From the IMG/VR virus record IMGVR_UViG_3300031857_000002, positions 248,001 to 312,000 of that record: DNA of 64,000 bases, one strand, 5' to 3'. Numbering within the stretch: the stretch's first letter is position 1; every line of letters starts with the position of its first letter. Both the position numbers and the translations under genes were made by a program. Of the stretch, positions 1 to 9,237 are shown in pieces. Under the pieces are notes generated by a model that had not been told where the DNA came from, searched no databases, and was given only the letters and a program-made list of their open reading frames with translations.

Positions 1-762
1 AATGCCGTTTTGAATTTTAGATTGCTTGGGCCAAGTTTTGATAATGGCTTCAAGAATCTGTCCGGCTACTTTACCAGTTTTATCTGCGCCCATGGGCTTG
101 TAAGCATAGTCAAAGTGACTCATGTAAAAGTCTTGACGCTCGGCAGTAGGAATCATTTCTGGTTTTTCTACCAGGTCAATCTTGAGACGATTAAACTGTT
201 CTTGTAGGTTGTAGGCCGGAATAGTTTCCTCGTCCTGTACACCCAAGGTGTACAAACGAATGTTGTTGCGGTGGAAATCTGGCTTGCCAATTTTCTTGAC
301 CACACTGTTGCTGGTGCGGAATGCGTAGCTGGGAAATTTAGGATCATCGTCCACAACCACAGTGACATAGATCTCGTCAAAGCCCAGGATGGCCAGGGTC
401 ACACAACGATGTTGGGCATCGTACACAAACAGTCGTTTGAACTTGTAAATGTGTTTGACAGTATCTACCAGTTCTACCAAATCTGGGTAGGTGTTACAAG
501 CCGCTGGCTGGCAGATGCGATTGTCCCACTTGGCCAGTAGTGCCAAAATTGTTTTGATAATGACGTCTCGTTGTACTTCGTAGTCAATCCAGATAATTGA
601 TACGGGTACCCGGATTCCGCCTAATGGGAATCCATATCCTGAGTTAAAAACACGGCTTCGCAGTTGTGCGAGTTGTTGGTCAGTGACGCCATGTTCGTTC
701 TTGAGCTTGTCAAGAATTTCTACAGCAACATCTGACAGAGAGCGCGAAATTCGCTTTATCAT
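1..762 (-). CDS. ParB/Srx-superfamily (DGQHR-like) protein, runs off window edge
   Basis: Hand translation from ATG at 762, open to base 1 (MIKRISRSLSDV...). Contains IWIDYEVQR and FVYDAQHR, matching the QR...DGQHR pattern. Not in the ORF track. Confidence 0.7.
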   Translation of the reverse strand, partial: MIKRISRSLSDVAVEILDKLKNEHGVTDQQLAQLRSRVFNSGYGFPLGGIRVPVSIIWIDYEVQRDVIIKTILALLAKWDNRICQPAACNTYPDLVELVDTVKHIYKFKRLFVYDAQHRCVTLAILGFDEIYVTVVVDDDPKFPSYAFRTSNSVVKKIGKPDFHRNNIRLYTLGVQDEETIPAYNLQEQFNRLKIDLVEKPEMIPTAERQDFYMSHFDYAYKPMGADKTGKVAGQILEAIIKTWPKQSKIQNGI

Positions 763-812
763 ATGTGAGTTCCAAGTTGGTTAATAATGTGTAGCGTTAG
801 GCTACATGATGA

Positions 813-841
813 ATTATACTTGAACTAGGAATTGTTGTCAA
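813..841 (-). promoter_or_regulatory. sigma70-type early promoter
   Basis: Perfect TTGACA-17bp-TATAAT. Confidence 0.85.
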
Positions 842-1737
842 GCAGTTTCGTACTCAAATAATCTCTCAGCAGGAGGTGCGTTATCATAGTGATCCTCAAT
901 GCGACGACGACTGATATCAACATAGTGCTGGCTCATGTCAATTCCAACAAAGTTACAGCCTTCTTTTAAAGAACCAATGCCAGTGGATCCAGATCCCATA
1001 AACGGATCTAGTACTAGGCCGCCTTTTGGGGCATATACCCTGGCCAAGTATCTCATGAGGTCAATGGGTTTGGGAGTGGGATGGTCATTGTATTCGCCTC
1101 GTTCCTTGCGTGTGGCACGTGGCGCATAAAAGTATTTTTGGTGGTCAGGTTCATCAAAGTGGCCAATAATATTACTAGGGTATCTGCCGTTGGGGTTGGC
1201 ATCTTCAGTTTCTTTCACAGCCTGTTCAGATGCCTTGGCTACGTCACCACCAAATGCTCTACGTTTGCTACCGCCCTTGACCCAACCTGTAGGAGGCTTG
1301 CCGTCCCACGGCACCCGTGTTGTAGTTGTATTAATTTGACCACATCCCCATTTCTCAAAGTTGGCTTTGATAGATCCTTCTAGTGGCTTTTGTGCTACAA
1401 AGATAGGTTCGTGTGCGGGTTTGAGTCGATTGGCTTTGGCCATCTTGGTAGTGACCATCCATACCACCATGTCAAGTGGTCGGAAGCCTGCATCCTCAAC
1501 GTTCACTGCCATACGGTGATAGAATTCTGGAGCACAGAATGACAACACAAACGCACCCGGCTTGAGCACTCGGTAAACTTCCTGCCAAGTTTCAACTGGT
1601 GGCACGTCATGATCCCAACCTACACCAGCAATTTCCATTCCGTAAGGTGGATCCGTGATGCAGGCGTCAATAGAATTTTCTGCCATGGTTTGCATGGCTG
1701 TGATGTTGTTGGAGCAGATTAAGTTGTATGTGTTCAT
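838..1737 (-). CDS. DNA N6-adenine/N4-cytosine methyltransferase (beta class)
   Basis: Catalytic DPPY precedes HPTPKP and SAM-binding VLDPFMGSGSTG. Confidence 0.93.
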   Translation of the reverse strand: MNTYNLICSNNITAMQTMAENSIDACITDPPYGMEIAGVGWDHDVPPVETWQEVYRVLKPGAFVLSFCAPEFYHRMAVNVEDAGFRPLDMVVWMVTTKMAKANRLKPAHEPIFVAQKPLEGSIKANFEKWGCGQINTTTTRVPWDGKPPTGWVKGGSKRRAFGGDVAKASEQAVKETEDANPNGRYPSNIIGHFDEPDHQKYFYAPRATRKERGEYNDHPTPKPIDLMRYLARVYAPKGGLVLDPFMGSGSTGIGSLKEGCNFVGIDMSQHYVDISRRRIEDHYDNAPPAERLFEYETA

Positions 1738-1744
1738 ATGTTAT

Positions 1745-2521
1745 TTACAGATTTTTAAGAATGTTGATTACATTTTGTTCACGGCGGGTACGATCAAGAC
1801 CGTTGCAGGTCTTTCTGTACCAATCATTGTTGCCTTTGCCCCATCCAACGATACCTCGCAAACTAGGTCGGCTGGCACATTCTTGAACATCTTTGTCATA
1901 CCCATCAACGGTGCGAATTTCTTTCACAAACTCGGCGTACTTTGCTAAAACTTTGTTGTAGTAATTGTAGGTTTTGTCATTCATCAGGTCTGCCATTTGA
2001 AACCAAGTGAACGGGGATTCTTTTGCTTCTTTGTGACGCGAGCACATAAGAACAAAAAATTGAGCTGGGATCGGTTTGTCGTTTAGTTTGCCTGCTAATC
2101 CGCCACCTGTTTTAATCTCCCAATACAGCATATAGCCGTTGATGATGATAAGAAAGTCTATGTGATTTTGAGGACCGTTAGGATGGCGGATAAAACAATT
2201 TGTCGGAAACACGCTATCTGTGTCTTGCCGAAGTTGAGTGTTGCTTAGTCCTCCGTAGGCATTTACGTATTCTTTAATTTCGTGGTATCTCTTTTTACGA
2301 GCACCTTTAGTAGATGCAGTTGAGAAGTAGCTGAGAAGACCTTTGTGACAGTTGTCAAGATCTCCTGTTAAGTCCTGAAATCCTGCCTTTAACAGGGTTT
2401 CTTGTACTAAGTCTTCAAGACTAGTTGATGATTTTTTGTTGGCTGTATTTTCGCTCATAATTTCAATATTATGCCGAAATTGTTCCAAAAAGTCGATAAC
2501 TGTCTTAGCATGCGAATTCAT
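1745..2521 (-). CDS. putative PD-(D/E)XK restriction-type endonuclease
   Basis: HPNGPQNHIDF...WEIKTG catalytic-type motif; directly upstream of the MTase. Confidence 0.6.
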   Translation of the reverse strand: MNSHAKTVIDFLEQFRHNIEIMSENTANKKSSTSLEDLVQETLLKAGFQDLTGDLDNCHKGLLSYFSTASTKGARKKRYHEIKEYVNAYGGLSNTQLRQDTDSVFPTNCFIRHPNGPQNHIDFLIIINGYMLYWEIKTGGGLAGKLNDKPIPAQFFVLMCSRHKEAKESPFTWFQMADLMNDKTYNYYNKVLAKYAEFVKEIRTVDGYDKDVQECASRPSLRGIVGWGKGNNDWYRKTCNGLDRTRREQNVINILKNL

Positions 2522-2547
2522 GGTGTGTTCTTTCTTAACATGTGTAT

Positions 2548-2576
2548 ATTATAACAAAACGGGAATTAAAAGTCAA
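2548..2576 (-). promoter_or_regulatory. sigma70-type early promoter
   Basis: TTGACT-17bp-TATAAT upstream of the endonuclease/MTase pair. Confidence 0.8.
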
Positions 2577-2794
2577 ACAAAATCGTAAGCATATTCACCA
2601 TTGATAGGGCCGTTGATTTGAACTTTCCCCACACCAAATTTACGGCTCAATGTGTGGAAAATACTGCGAGCGGTTTCTTCTGAACAAGCGGCAAACAACG
2701 TACCGGTATCACCAAAAAATCCTGCGTGTTCGTTGTCATTTAACAACGGACGCACCAAATAACTAACGTCGCTTTCAAATTCTTGTTGGTTCAT
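2573..2794 (-). CDS. hypothetical early protein
   Basis: ORF directly behind a promoter repeat with AAAAGG RBS. Confidence 0.7.
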   Translation of the reverse strand: MNQQEFESDVSYLVRPLLNDNEHAGFFGDTGTLFAACSEETARSIFHTLSRKFGVGKVQINGPINGEYAYDFV

Positions 2795-2802
2795 TCGGGA
2801 CA

Positions 2803-2854
2803 CCTTTTAATTACTATACAAGTATTATAGCAAATCGGGATTTATTGGTCAACC
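2803..2854 (-). repeat. promoter-leader repeat copy 1 (TTGACC-17-TATAAT + leader + RBS)
   Basis: GGTTGACCAATAAATCCCGATTTGCTATAATACTTGTATAGTAATTAAAAGG; near-identical copies at 13628, 14118, 47051, 47502, 47832. Confidence 0.92.
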
Positions 2855-2891
2855 AGCAAAAAACCCTAGTATTAGTAGGGTTTTGTAGTAC

Positions 2892-3266
2892 TCAAGTATT
2901 ACCAAATTTTAGTGTAAAAAACGACAGTTCCTCGTCCCCGGCCAAGTAGATGTAGCCCTCTTCTGGACTGTTGGCAGGATGCGATCCAAATCGCCATGAC
3001 CAATGCGGATTAAACAATCGGTCTCTAGTGAGTCCTTTGACTGCGCCAAAAATTTCTATTTGGGTGCTGGCTCCATATGTTTTCCAACAAAAATGACAAG
3101 CGTCCACAAACTCTACAAATCGCAATCTTGGATTGGTCAACATCACATTCCCGGCCGCACTGGTTCCTACATTGTCTTTGGTAGCTGATTTTCCAATCAG
3201 CACTCGCCACTTGAACCACTCATGTCCGTTGTGTCGTTTGGTAAGTTTTTCGGGTTGAAACTTCAT
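2892..3266 (-). CDS. hypothetical protein (C-terminal FxLK(W/F) family)
   Basis: ORF ends YIYLAGDEELSFFTLKFG. Confidence 0.7.
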   Translation of the reverse strand: MKFQPEKLTKRHNGHEWFKWRVLIGKSATKDNVGTSAAGNVMLTNPRLRFVEFVDACHFCWKTYGASTQIEIFGAVKGLTRDRLFNPHWSWRFGSHPANSPEEGYIYLAGDEELSFFTLKFGNT

Positions 3267-3472
3267 TCAACCTCCCACTCATCAATGTTGTAAACTTTGG
3301 CCAGGGCCTTGGCTAGTTTCCTATGATTTTCTTGTGCGGCTCGATATCCATCATCCCATCCTTCCTTGTATATGGGATGATTATCAAGTTTGTCCTGATC
3401 TTCTTTGAGACCTTCGAGCAGAGCACGTAGCTTGCCGCGGCCTCCAGGGGGTTGATTGTTGTAGTCTCTCAT
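3263..3472 (-). CDS. hypothetical protein
   Basis: Start moved to MRDYNNQ after AAGGA RBS; ATGA overlap with the next gene. Confidence 0.65.
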   Translation of the reverse strand: MRDYNNQPPGGRGKLRALLEGLKEDQDKLDNHPIYKEGWDDGYRAAQENHRKLAKALAKVYNIDEWEVE

Positions 3473-3628
3473 TTGTAATTTCCTTGTAGAAATTGCTGAT
3501 CTGCCGTTGCCGATGTACAGACCGATTCTGCCATTAGCTACCATTGATATCATCGCTGGACTCCCTGTAATTTTCGCGTCCGGCATTGCACCGGGGGCCG
3601 GGGAGTTCTGAGGATCAACCTCTCAGTT
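3473..3628 (-). ncRNA. candidate structured 5' leader RNA
   Basis: Lies between TCGACA-17-TATAAT (3635-3663) and the RBS. Stems CTGAG/CTCAG, ACTCCC/GGGAGT enclosing CCGGT/GCCGG, and GGTCTG/CAGATC with a GCAA loop. Confidence 0.45.
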
Positions 3629-3681
3629 AAATTTATTATACACTGGTATCAACAGGTTGTCGATACATTTGGCAAACTTGC

Positions 3682-4014
3682 CTATCGGATCAATACCCGA
3701 TCTTCCTGTGCTCGATCACTATGCAAACAATTGCCACGTTCACGTATGGTGTCAGCGGCTGTCTGTGGCGAGTTCTCAAACATGTCTCGGATGTCATCTG
3801 CCGAGATGCCTTCTGTGGCTTCAACAGTGTAGATCTCATAGTGGCGTTGTTGGTTGTATCTAGCACGTAGAATCAAGTGGTGTAGGCTGGGCAGTTGACT
3901 CACAGGAGGTTTTCCCGTGAGTACAGACCAGGTGCGGTTTTTTTCATCTTCGGTGAGGTCAACCACACACTCAAGACCTTCGTTACACCACATGACTAAA
4001 AAATTGTGATTCAT
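3682..4014 (-). CDS. hypothetical protein
   Basis: ORF in a coupled operon. Confidence 0.7.
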   Translation of the reverse strand: MNHNFLVMWCNEGLECVVDLTEDEKNRTWSVLTGKPPVSQLPSLHHLILRARYNQQRHYEIYTVEATEGISADDIRDMFENSPQTAADTIRERGNCLHSDRAQEDRVLIR

Positions 4015-4235
4015 TGCAGTTGAAATTTCTTAAGATAACGAGCGGCCTTGGCTGTGTCAGTCATGGTTGGCTCCATGCTCTCTAAAATAATTAGACACTG
4101 TAAAGATTCAGCCAACAACTGGTCTTCTCGATCCAACAGCTCGTACCATGCAAAGTATTCACTCTCTGTTTCCATCTCCCACATCGTGTCCAGCATCTCG
4201 CACTGGTAGGGTGTAAGTTTTTCAATTTGAATCAT
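4011..4235 (-). CDS. hypothetical protein
   Basis: ORF with GAGGA RBS and ATGA overlap. Confidence 0.7.
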   Translation of the reverse strand: MIQIEKLTPYQCEMLDTMWEMETESEYFAWYELLDREDQLLAESLQCLIILESMEPTMTDTAKAARYLKKFQLQ

Positions 4236-4238
4236 GCT

Positions 4239-4502
4239 TTATCCTCTTTTTGAATATCGTAATGTTGCATAAGTTAACATTTTTTCCACGTTGTCTATAG
4301 ACTCATCTAACCGAGTCATCAGGGTTTCGCTGTGTGCATTGAGCTTGCCTCGTCTGCGACACTCAACCAATTCCCGGCTCAATTCTGTTGCAATATCATA
4401 AGAGGCGTTGCACATTGTCAACATATCTGAACGTGCTACAGCATTGGACAAGGCCTTGCTCCTGTCCACCAGTTTATCAATACGTTCAAAATAATCTCCC
4501 AT
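4239..4502 (-). CDS. hypothetical helical protein (probably leaderless mRNA)
   Basis: ATG sits at the predicted +1 of TTGACC-17-TATAAT (4509-4537). Confidence 0.7.
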   Translation of the reverse strand: MGDYFERIDKLVDRSKALSNAVARSDMLTMCNASYDIATELSRELVECRRRGKLNAHSETLMTRLDESIDNVEKMLTYATLRYSKRG

Positions 4503-4533
4503 GCACTAATTATAGCAAATTAGCAATATCCGG

Positions 4534-4767
4534 TCAAGACCATTGTAGTGTAAAGGCAAAGAAATCTCTTTCTGTGTCAAAGTAGAAAATATAGCGCCCG
4601 GGACGGCGATCCGAACTTACGTCTACCAGTTGCCAACGCCAGTCTCCGACTATTTCGGTTTTGCACCAATCTATCACACGGTCCAATTCGCCAAAAGGTT
4701 TGGCAATTTCCCGGGCATAAAGGAAACTTTCTCGGCGTCTAGAGTCTATAACTCTTTCTTCTAGCAT
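4534..4767 (-). CDS. hypothetical protein (FxLxW family)
   Basis: Ends YIFYFDTERDFFAFTLQWS; start set at MLEERV. Confidence 0.7.
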   Translation of the reverse strand: MLEERVIDSRRRESFLYAREIAKPFGELDRVIDWCKTEIVGDWRWQLVDVSSDRRPGRYIFYFDTERDFFAFTLQWS

Positions 4768-4774
4768 GTTGTAA

Positions 4775-5587
4775 TTATTGTAAATCCAGTGAGTAGGGAA
4801 TATTTTGATCCAGCACATGATTGTACATCATGTCTTTGACCACTTCAAAGCGGTGTGCTTTGTTTGGAGCACCCAATATTACAATCACATACTGCTCTTG
4901 CTTTTGAGAAACAGCAAGTCCCACACACCAACCGGCTGCCGATGTTAGCCCTGTTTTGCTCACAATAATGTTGTCAAACTCAAACAACATGGGTGCGCTA
5001 GTGTGTGCCAAACTGATAGTACGTACTCGTTTCTTTTGCTGTGTCTCTATGGCTACTTGTTTTTTGACTGAAGTTTCACGAATGAACCAGTAGCTAGAGG
5101 AGGTGGTGATCATGTTGGCAACATCATGCACTGTACTGATGTTGCCTGCACCAAGCCCGTGCGGGTCCACAAACTGTGTTCTGTTCATGTCCCACCCACG
5201 AGCCTGTGTGTTCATGCGTTGCACAAAAGCAGACACACCTCCAGGATAATCGCGGGCCAGGGTTTCTGCGGCACCATTGTCTGACTTGACCAGCATGGCT
5301 GTGAGTAGGTCTTGACGTGTGTACAGTTGTTGTGGTAAACTTGTACTCACACTGGGTCGATGCATGAGCTTTTTGCTCAGGTTTCGGTCATGGTCCAGTG
5401 CAACCATGGCAGTCATAACTTTGGTAATGCTGGCAATGCTTCGTTGTTGAGAGGCATTGCGTTCATATTCAGATCTGTTTTTTGACACGTTGAAGATCAA
5501 CACAGACTCGGTGGGCAAGTTGGCTGTTTTGGTCTTGCCCCACACAGGAGTCACAACAAGGGCTACAGCGAGTAAAAAATATTTCAT
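4775..5587 (-). CDS. D-alanyl-D-alanine carboxy/endopeptidase (peptidase S11, PBP7-like)
   Basis: Signal peptide; SxxK (SITK), SxN (SDN) and KTG motifs. Confidence 0.9.
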   Translation of the reverse strand: MKYFLLAVALVVTPVWGKTKTANLPTESVLIFNVSKNRSEYERNASQQRSIASITKVMTAMVALDHDRNLSKKLMHRPSVSTSLPQQLYTRQDLLTAMLVKSDNGAAETLARDYPGGVSAFVQRMNTQARGWDMNRTQFVDPHGLGAGNISTVHDVANMITTSSSYWFIRETSVKKQVAIETQQKKRVRTISLAHTSAPMLFEFDNIIVSKTGLTSAAGWCVGLAVSQKQEQYVIVILGAPNKAHRFEVVKDMMYNHVLDQNIPYSLDLQ

Positions 5588-5799
5588 GTCCATTTTAATT
5601 GATAAAAAGTTGCTATGGCTGGATCAAGGAAATAAAACATTGCATAATTGCCACTGGTCTTTCCTGTAAAATTATCCCACCTAGATGGATGATATTTCCA
5701 GAAAAAATCATGATTCATCACTAGTCCTGCTTCAAGCAGTCGGCCCTTAAAGTTCACTGCTTCATCTGGCCCTATGTTTGAGATTGTAATCGAATGCAT
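5584..5799 (-). CDS. hypothetical protein (FxLKW family)
   Basis: Ends FYFLDPAIATFYQLKWT. Confidence 0.7.
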   Translation of the reverse strand: MHSITISNIGPDEAVNFKGRLLEAGLVMNHDFFWKYHPSRWDNFTGKTSGNYAMFYFLDPAIATFYQLKWT

Positions 5800-6014
5800 T
5801 GTGCAGAACCATTGCGTAGGGTAAACAGAGTTTGATCACGTGGATCTCTGAACCACCAGATCATTTCGTTGATGCTGATGTCTGTGATATATCGGTCACC
5901 GGGCAGGCCAAAAGTTTCTATGCCCCAAGTGGCCACTTCGTCCCATTGTGTAATAGTGTCAAGTGGTCTACCCCATTTGATCTTGGCACCGTGCGGATAG
6001 TCAAGGTCTTTCAA
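5772..6014 (-). CDS. hypothetical protein (FxL family)
   Basis: Contains WWFRDPRDQTLFTLR. Confidence 0.65.
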   Translation of the reverse strand: MKDLDYPHGAKIKWGRPLDTITQWDEVATWGIETFGLPGDRYITDISINEMIWWFRDPRDQTLFTLRNGSAQCIRLQSQT

Positions 6015-6255
6015 TCCATTCTCTCCTTATGAGTGTGTCACATCGTACCCAATCTCGTTCATAGTAAATTCTATGGTCTTGAATATCAAAGTGATTGCAA
6101 AAACTTTGCCCATATCTCACGTCTTGCAGGGCGTCAAATGTATATAACTTCTGCCAGGATTCATAGTCTGCTAGTTTAATTGGTAGATTAGTTTGGCGTG
6201 GATCATGTCGAGATAATAGGTCGTGGATCATTGAGTCAAACATCGAATCAGTCAT
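6001..6255 (-). CDS. hypothetical protein
   Basis: ORF downstream of TTGACA-17-TATAAT (6271-6299); RYGQSFCN motif. Confidence 0.65.
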   Translation of the reverse strand: MTDSMFDSMIHDLLSRHDPRQTNLPIKLADYESWQKLYTFDALQDVRYGQSFCNHFDIQDHRIYYERDWVRCDTLIRREWIERP

Positions 6256-6285
6256 AGTTATTGATCATTGATTATAACACAATTG

Positions 6286-6768
6286 TTATTTGTTGTCAAC
6301 TTCTATCCAGGTGTAATCACCTAGCCATTTTATCTGTGTAATGTACTCGTAGCCTTCAGGAATTCCGGTTGCCCAATCTGTGGGTCCATTGATGCTCAAC
6401 CTAGTGCAATCCTTTCGTCGATCATACAGCAACCAATAGGTGTTGCCATGTGCAATTTGGAAATCATATTTGGCCAAATGTACCATGTCGGTAAGTTCTA
6501 ATCTGTGTTTGATCTCATCTGCTTGCTTGCTTAGTACTGTGACCAGATCCATGATTCGGTCATACTCTTGTTGAGCATGCAAACGGGCAACATTGACCAT
6601 GACATCCTTTTGTTTTTCAACAGGAATTAGGTCAAACTTGGGTCCGCTGGACTCGGTAGCGTAGGGTGTTACATTTCGATTAAAGAAATGAACCAGCGTG
6701 TTGCCTGTGGCAACATCAAAACTGGTTCTTCCTTTGGCAGAGTTTGACTCGTCTGCCATCAATCCCAC
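6286..6768 (-). CDS. DUF2452-like protein
   Basis: TPYA..SSGPKF, AKYDFQ..GNTYWL and DYTW pattern recalled for this family. Confidence 0.6.
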   Translation of the reverse strand: MGLMADESNSAKGRTSFDVATGNTLVHFFNRNVTPYATESSGPKFDLIPVEKQKDVMVNVARLHAQQEYDRIMDLVTVLSKQADEIKHRLELTDMVHLAKYDFQIAHGNTYWLLYDRRKDCTRLSINGPTDWATGIPEGYEYITQIKWLGDYTWIEVDNK

Positions 6769-7484
6769 AGGCCTTGGTAGTACTTGCCAAACAAGCGGAA
6801 GCCGTTTTGAATACGTGTTTCAATCACACGTATGGCATCATAATCGCACTTGTAGGTATCCTTGGGACCATGCTTCATTTGGTAATGTTTGTGCTCGCCC
6901 TTGGGCACTTCGTTGCCATCCTTGTCCACAGGAATCCACAACAGGTCGTGTTCTCCTGAACGATAAGCATCTTGCCAGGAGTCATCCACTTTGCACTCAA
7001 ATGCAAAGATCATTTCGTCCATGACCCAGTCCCAACGCAGAAAGTGATTTGAGTCTGTGTCCCACTCGTTTTCTTTGGGTTCTGCGGCAGTGCTACGTAG
7101 GTGTTCGGGCACATCCTCATCATCCACAAGAGGACTACCATGCTTGGTGGCTTTGAGTTGTTTGAGCATGGGCAACACAATAATAGCCAAGGTGTGATCC
7201 ATACTCCAGGTATCCCACTTGTCAATCTTCACATAGTCAATCTTGGGATGAATTCGATCCAACACCCACATGATGCCCCGGCTGATGGGTTCAAGACGAT
7301 CACTCCAACGTTCGCACCAGTCGGGTCGTTCCACGTATGCAGACTTTTCTTGGCGTTCATTTTCCAGTGTTTGCAGAAGTTTCCAGCGAGCACATTTTGA
7401 CCAGTCAGTCCAGAAGAACATGTAGTCCAACATGGTGTAGGGTGAGATCCAGTGATCTCGATATTTGCCAATATAAACTTTCAT
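6759..7484 (-). CDS. conserved phage hypothetical protein
   Basis: MKVYIGKY start; IDKWDTWSMDHTLA...GFRLFGKYY pattern. Confidence 0.8.
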   Translation of the reverse strand: MKVYIGKYRDHWISPYTMLDYMFFWTDWSKCARWKLLQTLENERQEKSAYVERPDWCERWSDRLEPISRGIMWVLDRIHPKIDYVKIDKWDTWSMDHTLAIIVLPMLKQLKATKHGSPLVDDEDVPEHLRSTAAEPKENEWDTDSNHFLRWDWVMDEMIFAFECKVDDSWQDAYRSGEHDLLWIPVDKDGNEVPKGEHKHYQMKHGPKDTYKCDYDAIRVIETRIQNGFRLFGKYYQGLWD

Positions 7485-7690
7485 TACCAATCTCCGTTGT
7501 CTGTCCATGCTCGGACAGTTAAAAATAACCACGACACCATGTAGGTGTTTTCGTTGGGGCTAGGCCACTCTACTGGTTTCTCGTGCCGAGCTCTAGGTAT
7601 CCAACTCCAGTGTACAGGATTCAGTGTAACAATAACACTGGCACCGCTGTACCTGACCCACTTTAAATATCCACGGTAATTAACTGCCAT
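7484..7690 (-). CDS. hypothetical protein
   Basis: Trp-rich ORF filling the gap in the operon. Confidence 0.55.
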   Translation of the reverse strand: MAVNYRGYLKWVRYSGASVIVTLNPVHWSWIPRARHEKPVEWPSPNENTYMVSWLFLTVRAWTDNGDW

Positions 7691-8586
7691 AAATTTGCCT
7701 GCTCTTCATGTCCGTCATATCCACGTGGATTGCATATCACACGGGTTGATCCAATCATATAATCAAACACATCATGTGTGTGACCATGTGTCCACAACTT
7801 GATCTGTGGGTGATCCAAAATAAAGTCATCCAAGCTAGAACTGTAGGCACCGTTTACCAACACATCATGTTGATATCGAGGCTTTGTACTCAACTTGCTA
7901 GGCGCATGGTGTCCCACAACCACATAACGAGCAGTGGAATCTGCTTCCACAGTTGTCTTGATCATGTGCAACATGGCCTTGTGGTCAGTCACAGATGCTT
8001 CGGGTGTCCACTTGCCCGTTTTGGTCTTGAACTTCATCTCATTGCGACTTTCAAAAGGCAGCGCAAACCACTCTTCATCTGTCATTCCCACTGGCTTGTC
8101 CTTGTTGATCCAGGCTTTGTAGTGTACTTCTGCACGACTGTCATCAATGATGCGAAAGTCATTCATGTAGCCCTTCATGTGACCCAAGGTTTGTAGATCT
8201 CCCTGATTCATGTCAGTCCACAAGGTGCCTGCCACAAAGGTTGTGTCACCGATAGTCAAGCTCTCCTTTTCCATGATATGGAGGTTTCGGAGCCGGCTCA
8301 GACAGCTCCTCATGTGAGCAAGTGTGGTGGCATAGTCACCATGATAGTGTTCGTGATTGCCCAGCACATAGATCACGTGCGGGAAGCGAGCACAGCATCG
8401 TTCAAAGAAATTCTGGTAACGAGTGCTACGATAGTGCTCGCCCATTAAACCCATAGGGTCGGGCTGGGTCAAATCCTTGGCCACACAGATATCGCCTGAC
8501 AGGATCAGTACTTCTGCGCCTTCAGTATTGTCAAAATCTAAGTCTCCGAATTCAAGATGTATATCGGATACCACTGCTATTTTCAT
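7663..8586 (-). CDS. calcineurin-like metallophosphoesterase
   Basis: SDIH, GD, GNHE, HH and HGHTH motifs. Confidence 0.92.
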   Translation of the reverse strand: MKIAVVSDIHLEFGDLDFDNTEGAEVLILSGDICVAKDLTQPDPMGLMGEHYRSTRYQNFFERCCARFPHVIYVLGNHEHYHGDYATTLAHMRSCLSRLRNLHIMEKESLTIGDTTFVAGTLWTDMNQGDLQTLGHMKGYMNDFRIIDDSRAEVHYKAWINKDKPVGMTDEEWFALPFESRNEMKFKTKTGKWTPEASVTDHKAMLHMIKTTVEADSTARYVVVGHHAPSKLSTKPRYQHDVLVNGAYSSSLDDFILDHPQIKLWTHGHTHDVFDYMIGSTRVICNPRGYDGHEEQANLWQLITVDI

Positions 8587-8926
8587 CAAGTTCTTTCAAT
8601 TGGGATTTCAAAGTCCGTACTGCTGTTTCATCACCATTGTAGATGGCAGCGGACTTTTCGGGATAGCGTTGTTTGAATCTTTTTACTATCTCCACTAGGT
8701 TAACTCCCTGACACACAAAATCTTGTGTTATGCTATTATAACAGAAATACTGATTGTCCACAACCTCTACGGTAAGAGGAATCAGTCTTTCCAATTCTAA
8801 ATCATTAGATACTTCTTCAAGATCCGAATCCGTACGTCGTTTGATCATCCAGGTCATCAAGTTCAGTCCAACATGGATCAGTATCATGATTACCACCCCA
8901 TTCACAAGAAATTCTATAATGTCCAT
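8552..8926 (-). CDS. hypothetical membrane-anchored protein
   Basis: N-terminal hydrophobic helix; TAAATA 5 nt upstream. Confidence 0.7.
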   Translation of the reverse strand: MDIIEFLVNGVVIMILIHVGLNLMTWMIKRRTDSDLEEVSNDLELERLIPLTVEVVDNQYFCYNSITQDFVCQGVNLVEIVKRFKQRYPEKSAAIYNGDETAVRTLKSQLKELDENSSGIRYTS

Positions 8927-8934
8927 GATTGTAT

Positions 8935-9237
8935 TTACATCCTCATTGATTCTAAAGTGATCATCTTGCCCAGTTCCTTGTCAAAGTCCAGGTCGTCAGA
9001 TACCACATACAGTTTGTAGTTGGTACGATCTGTCTTGTGATCATAATGTCGGAATGACACAATCTTGCCGCCCACAGCTTTGCGAACTGTGATATTGAGT
9101 CCGTCCTCTGAGTCAATATCATTACCGCGTATGGTAACTCTGTTTCGAAGAGATTTGCTAAGAGTAGCAGGTTCTTCATCATACATATCCCGACCGTCTT
9201 GATACCATCGATAGATCAAACGTTTAACCCACTTCAT
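8935..9237 (-). CDS. hypothetical protein
   Basis: Start MKWVKRL with AAGGA RBS and ATGA overlap. Confidence 0.7.
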   Translation of the reverse strand: MKWVKRLIYRWYQDGRDMYDEEPATLSKSLRNRVTIRGNDIDSEDGLNITVRKAVGGKIVSFRHYDHKTDRTNYKLYVVSDDLDFDKELGKMITLESMRM

